From an uncultured Coriobacteriales bacterium (GTDB taxonomy: Bacteria > Actinomycetota > Coriobacteriia > Coriobacteriales > UMGS124), in the NCBI GenBank assembly GCA_902464015.1, contig CABQHM010000006.1, positions 8,863 to 72,862 of the forward strand: DNA of 64,000 bases. The letters run 5' to 3'. A program made the position numbers and the translations under genes. The notes below the pieces were generated by a model, which did not search any database, was not told where the DNA came from, and saw only the letters and a program-made list of their open reading frames with translations. Positions 59,929 through 64,000 of the stretch are shown here, one piece after another. Within the stretch, counting starts at the first letter, position 1. Every line of letters starts with the position of its first letter.

Positions 59929-62900
59929 TGGCGTCCCTGGCCCGCAACAGGCGCTGGGAGGTAGTTCCCTTCGACGCCGGCGCCGCTCAGCTCATCGAGG
60001 ACTCCTGCGGGGTGTCGTCGCTTGCCGCGCGCATCATGGCTGGCAGGGGCATCTGCGATGCGCAGCAGGCCAGGGACTTTCTCTCGCCGTCGCTCGACCG
60101 TGACTGGGCCGACCCGCTTCTCATCCCAGGCCTGGATGCCGTCGTCGCCCGCCTGCAGCATGCCCTTGAGGCAGGGGAGCACATCGCGGTCTTCGGCGAC
60201 TTCGACGTCGACGGCATCAGCGCCACCTGCCTTCTGACGAGCGGCCTGCGCGACCTCGGCGGCAACGTCACCCCGTTCATCCCCAAGCGCTTCGGTGAAG
60301 GCTACGGCCTGTCGCAGATCGCCGTCGAGCGGCTGCTGGAGATGTGCGCCCCCGACCTCATCGTCACTGTCGACACCGGCATCGCCTCTGCAAAGGAGTG
60401 CGCCGAGCTGCTCGAACGCGGCATCGACGTCGCCGTGACCGACCACCATGAGCCTGGCGACCTCGTGCCGCAGGGTGTGCCGGTGTGCGACCCCAAGCTC
60501 GACCCCGAGTGTCCTTCCCGCGAGCTTGCCGGTGTCGGTGTCGCCCTCAAGGTCATTGACGAGCTCGGTCACCGTATGGGCCAGCCCGACCTGTGGCGCG
60601 AGTACACCGACATCGCTACGCTGGGCACGGTGAGCGACATGATGCTGCTCACCGGCGAGAACCGCTCGCTTGTGGCCGAGGGCATCGCGCGCCTACGTCG
60701 GGTTGAAAACCCCGGTCTGGCTGCGCTTGCGGTGCAGGCCCGTCGCGACCTCACTCAGATGTCTGCCGACGACCTGGCCTTCTCCCTTATCCCGCGCATG
60801 AACGCCGCGGGCAGGATGGACGACCCGGCCATCGCGCTCAACCTCCTCATGGAGCGCGACCCACAAGAGGCCGAGCGCATCGCCATGCGCCTTGAGGACA
60901 TCAACCGCGAGCGCCGCGCCATCGAGCGCCAGCTTTTTGACGATGCCAACGCGCTCGTTGAGGCAACCTACGAAGGCGGCCGTGTCATCGTCGTGGGCGG
61001 GGAGGGGTGGCACGAGGGCGTCAAGGGCATCGTCGCGAGCCGCATCGTGAGCCTCTACCATGTGCCCGTCATCCTCTTCACCATCTCCGACGGCGTGGCG
61101 CGCGGCTCGGGCCGAAGCGTCGGCGACGTCAACCTTTTCGAGGCCGTCGAGAGCTGCTCGGTCCTGCTCATCCGTTTCGGCGGCCATGCAGGTGCCGTGG
61201 GCATCACGCTCGACGCCGGCAACCTCGACGCCTTCCGCGACCGGATGGAAGAGTACCTTGCGGCGCTGCCCCCCGAGGATTTCGAAGACCGCCTGAGCGT
61301 CTCGGCCGTGGTGGACCTCGCCGAGGTCACGGTCGACAACATCTCCTCGCTTTCGGTGCTTCAGCCCTTCGGCCAGGGCAATGAGACGCCCGCGCTTGCA
61401 GTCACCGGCGCCACGATGACGGACCGCCGTCGCCGTGGCGAGGAGGGCAAGCACCTCTCCTTCCTTGCAAACGACGCAAGCGGCTCCTGCCAGGCCATCA
61501 TGTTCAACGCCGAGAACGTCGAGGCCCTCGTCGAGTGCGACGAGGCGGTCGACATCGTCTTTGAGCCTAAGGTTGAGACGTGGCAGAACCGCGTGAGCTG
61601 CAAGATGCACGTCAAGGACGTGCTTCTGCGCGACGCACGCGACGCCGAGGCGCCCGACCCCGCCACCGTGCGGCTCGTTGAGGCCCTTTTCGAAAACGCC
61701 GACCAGTACATTTCCGAAAGCGAGCTCGAGAGCCTCGCCAACGCCTCGCAGTTCCATACGAAGGTCGTCGGTGTCACGTTCGACGGCAGGCAGAGCATTG
61801 TGGCTCGTCTGCAGCCCGGTGACGCCCTGCGCCTCGAGCGCGAGCCTTCCAACCCCAACGACCCCAAGGCGGTCGCCCTCATCGACCCCAACGGCGATCG
61901 CGTGGGCTATCTCAAGCGCTTCATAGCCGCCGCCATCGCGCCGCGCATCGATCGCGGTGCGGCCTACCGTGCCGTTGTCGAGAACATCACGGGCGGCGTC
62001 GACGGTAGACCCGTCGGCGTCAACGTGTTGGTCAGCATCGAGACTGGTGCTGCGTGCGCCGACGAGCTCGAACAAGCCAACGCCCGCGCTGCCGAGAGGG
62101 CGCGCCTGGCGGCGATGTCCTCCAAAGACGTGACCGACGAGCTGCGCAGGCTCCTCATCGGCGAGCACGAGCTTTTGCCTGCCCAGGCGCGCGCCCTTGA
62201 AAACCTCGAGGCCGGCGTCTCGTCGCTGTGCGTCATGGCCACGGGTCGCGGCAAGTCGCTCATCTTCCATGTGCATGCGGCGCGCTGTGCGCTGCTGCAC
62301 AACAAGGCAAGCGTGTTTGTCTACCCACTTCGTGCGCTTGTGAGCGACCAGGCCTACCACTTGGGCCGCGTCTTCGACAGCCTTGGTATGACGACGCGCG
62401 TGCTCACGGGCGAGACTGCGCTCGAGGACCGCGCCAGCGTGTTCGAGGGGCTTGCCTCGGGCGCTGTCGACATCGTCCTCACCACGCCCGAGTTTCTCGC
62501 CATCCACTCGGCCAAGTTTGCAAGTTCGGGCCGCGTCGGCTTTGTCGTGGTGGACGAGGCCCACCATGCGGGTCTGGCGGCCTCGGGCAACCGCAGCTCC
62601 TACCTCGACATGCCCCGCGTGCTCGACGAGTTGCGCCATCCCTGCGTGCTTGCCGTTACCGCGACGGCTTCTGCCAAGGTCGGCCAGGAGATCTGCCGCC
62701 TGCTCGACATTGCCCCGGACGGCGTCGTGCTTGACCCCTCGGTGCGCGAGAACCTGCATGTGAGCGACGAGCGCGGTCGCGCCGATCGTGACGAGCGCCT
62801 GGTGAGCCTGCTTGCCAGCGGTCAAAAGACGCTCGTGTATGTCAACTCCCGCGAGCAGACTGTGAACTTGGCCCGCACGCTGCGCCGCCGCGTGCGCGAT

Positions 62901-63590
62901 TTCGGGTACCGCGTCGCCTTCTACAACGCCGGCCTTTCCCGTTCCGACCGTGCTGCCGTGGAAGACGCCTTCCGCAGTGGCGAGGTTCGTCTCGTTGTGT
63001 CGACTAGCGCTTTCGGCGAAGGCGTCAACCTGCCTGATGTCCGTCATGTCGTGCTCTACCACTTGCCGTTCGACGAGGTCGAGTTCAACCAGATGTCGGG
63101 TCGCGCAGGCCGCGACGGCAGCGATTCTTGGATTCACCTTGCCTACGGTGGCTCCGACGCCCGCATCAACGAGCGCGTCCTTTCCTCTGACGCCCCGTGC
63201 CGCGAGGACCTGGTGTCGCTCTACCGCGTGCTTTGCCGTCGCGACCGCGAGGCGCGCCTGGGCGGCGAGGACGGTTTTGCGCTCACCAACGCCGAGCTTG
63301 CCGCGGACTGTGCGAGCCTGGGCTGCACCCCCACGTTCGGGGCCAAGGGCGTGTCCTGCGGCATCTCCATCTTCCGCGAGCTCGGCTTCACCCAGACGAG
63401 CGGATATGGCGTGGGCAGGCGCATCTCCATGGTGCCTTCGCCCGAGCGTATGGACCTGACGCGCTCCATCCGATACCTCGAGGGGCTCAACGCGCTGCAA
63501 GAATTTGACGCATTTCGCCGTTGGGCGCTCGAAAGCGACGCGCCTTCTGTGCTTGCGCGCATCAACAGGCCTATACTTCCAACTGACTAG
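59928..63590 (+). CDS. recJ: RecJ single-stranded-DNA exonuclease fused to a HIRAN-like domain and a RecQ-like SF2 helicase (1220 aa)
   Basis: RecJ DHH motifs FGDFDVDG, VTVDTG and VTDHH, plus DHHA1 FGGHAGAVG. HIRAN-like VVGVTFDGRQ...LEREPSNPNDPKAVAL..NGDRVGYL (nt ~61750-62040). Helicase motifs MATGRGKS, VVDEAHH, VTATAS, STSAFGEGVNLPDVRHVV and SGRAGRDG (nt ~62170-63130). TAATG overlap with secF. Confidence 0.85.
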   Translation: MASLARNRRWEVVPFDAGAAQLIEDSCGVSSLAARIMAGRGICDAQQARDFLSPSLDRDWADPLLIPGLDAVVARLQHALEAGEHIAVFGDFDVDGISATCLLTSGLRDLGGNVTPFIPKRFGEGYGLSQIAVERLLEMCAPDLIVTVDTGIASAKECAELLERGIDVAVTDHHEPGDLVPQGVPVCDPKLDPECPSRELAGVGVALKVIDELGHRMGQPDLWREYTDIATLGTVSDMMLLTGENRSLVAEGIARLRRVENPGLAALAVQARRDLTQMSADDLAFSLIPRMNAAGRMDDPAIALNLLMERDPQEAERIAMRLEDINRERRAIERQLFDDANALVEATYEGGRVIVVGGEGWHEGVKGIVASRIVSLYHVPVILFTISDGVARGSGRSVGDVNLFEAVESCSVLLIRFGGHAGAVGITLDAGNLDAFRDRMEEYLAALPPEDFEDRLSVSAVVDLAEVTVDNISSLSVLQPFGQGNETPALAVTGATMTDRRRRGEEGKHLSFLANDASGSCQAIMFNAENVEALVECDEAVDIVFEPKVETWQNRVSCKMHVKDVLLRDARDAEAPDPATVRLVEALFENADQYISESELESLANASQFHTKVVGVTFDGRQSIVARLQPGDALRLEREPSNPNDPKAVALIDPNGDRVGYLKRFIAAAIAPRIDRGAAYRAVVENITGGVDGRPVGVNVLVSIETGAACADELEQANARAAERARLAAMSSKDVTDELRRLLIGEHELLPAQARALENLEAGVSSLCVMATGRGKSLIFHVHAARCALLHNKASVFVYPLRALVSDQAYHLGRVFDSLGMTTRVLTGETALEDRASVFEGLASGAVDIVLTTPEFLAIHSAKFASSGRVGFVVVDEAHHAGLAASGNRSSYLDMPRVLDELRHPCVLAVTATASAKVGQEICRLLDIAPDGVVLDPSVRENLHVSDERGRADRDERLVSLLASGQKTLVYVNSREQTVNLARTLRRRVRDFGYRVAFYNAGLSRSDRAAVEDAFRSGEVRLVVSTSAFGEGVNLPDVRHVVLYHLPFDEVEFNQMSGRAGRDGSDSWIHLAYGGSDARINERVLSSDAPCREDLVSLYRVLCRRDREARLGGEDGFALTNAELAADCASLGCTPTFGAKGVSCGISIFRELGFTQTSGYGVGRRISMVPSPERMDLTRSIRYLEGLNALQEFDAFRRWALESDAPSVLARINRPILPTD

Positions 63591-63619
63591 AACCGAGGTA
63601 CTCCAGGAGGCGCATTGCC

Positions 63620-64000
63620 ATGGCTGACTCCGTCATCCACACAAAGTACGACCCCACCGCGCCGGCCCTCCCGCCTCAAGGGCAGCTGGACAACTTCCCC
63701 GTGCTGCGCGAATGCGCCGCTTCCTACCTGAGCCCCGCCGAGGTGGAGAAGATCGAGCGTGCCTATGAGTTCGCGCGAGCCCACCATCGCGACCAGAAGC
63801 GCAAGTCGGGCGAGCCCTACATCAACCACCCGGTGGAAGTCGCCATCATCTTGGCGAAGAACCTCCACTCCGACGTCGACATGCTGTGCGCGGGCCTTCT
63901 CCATGACACGGTCGAGGATACCGACGCCACGCTCGATGAGCTCTCCGAGCTCTTTGGGCCCCAGGTCTCCGAGCTGGTTGACGGCGTGACGAAGCTCACG
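63620..64000 (+). CDS. relA: Bifunctional (p)ppGpp synthetase/hydrolase RelA/SpoT homolog (5' partial, continues beyond the window)
   Basis: ATG 63620 follows RBS CCAGGAGG. The HD-domain N-terminus reads AYEFARAHHRDQKRKSGEPYINHPVEVAIILA...LLHDTVEDT. The frame is open to the window end. Confidence 0.9.
   Translation, partial: MADSVIHTKYDPTAPALPPQGQLDNFPVLRECAASYLSPAEVEKIERAYEFARAHHRDQKRKSGEPYINHPVEVAIILAKNLHSDVDMLCAGLLHDTVEDTDATLDELSELFGPQVSELVDGVTKLT

Overview
High-GC (roughly 63-65%) actinobacterial-type chromosome segment. The gene content (type III glutamine synthetase, QueH, family II pyrophosphatase, a Flg_new-repeat wall protein) suggests a Coriobacteriia-like anaerobe, but that is inference only. 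About 45 tightly packed, mostly housekeeping protein genes are supported. In window order they are: modB/modC-like molybdate ABC transporter; uvrB; moaA-moaC; an Mrp/NBP35 ATPase; two flavoproteins; uvrA-ybaK-murJ-ABC-F; fumC and malic enzyme; one large wall-anchored surface protein, the only clearly accessory gene; type III glutamine synthetase; polA; EamA transporter; Usp; uppP; SWIM-SNF2 helicase; pcrA; alpha/beta hydrolase; ppaC-queH-queA; a complete shikimate/Phe/Tyr operon (aroF, tyrA, aroB-aroA fusion, aroC, pheA, aroE-aroK fusion, aroQ); pyrE; ilvE; an acyl-CoA synthetase; a DUF1292-like protein; a double-domain U32 protein divergent from tgt; secD-secF; a 1220-aa RecJ fusion; and the start of relA. 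I saw no rRNA, tRNA, CRISPR array, transposase or integrase. The most unusual items are: (1) a single ORF fusing RecJ exonuclease, a HIRAN-like domain and a RecQ-like SF2 helicase in the conserved secDF-recJ-relA position; (2) a tandem-U32 (two Cys-cluster) protein back-to-back with tgt; (3) a seven-step shikimate pathway compressed into five genes by two fusions; (4) a CAP + Ig-like + Flg_new-repeat surface protein with two ~94% identical 243-bp tandem repeats and a non-canonical IAKTG sorting motif; (5) several long, structured intergenic hairpins, including a duplicated terminator module. No classic defence or mobile system is evident. All functional calls come from reading motifs in the translations, not from database searches.
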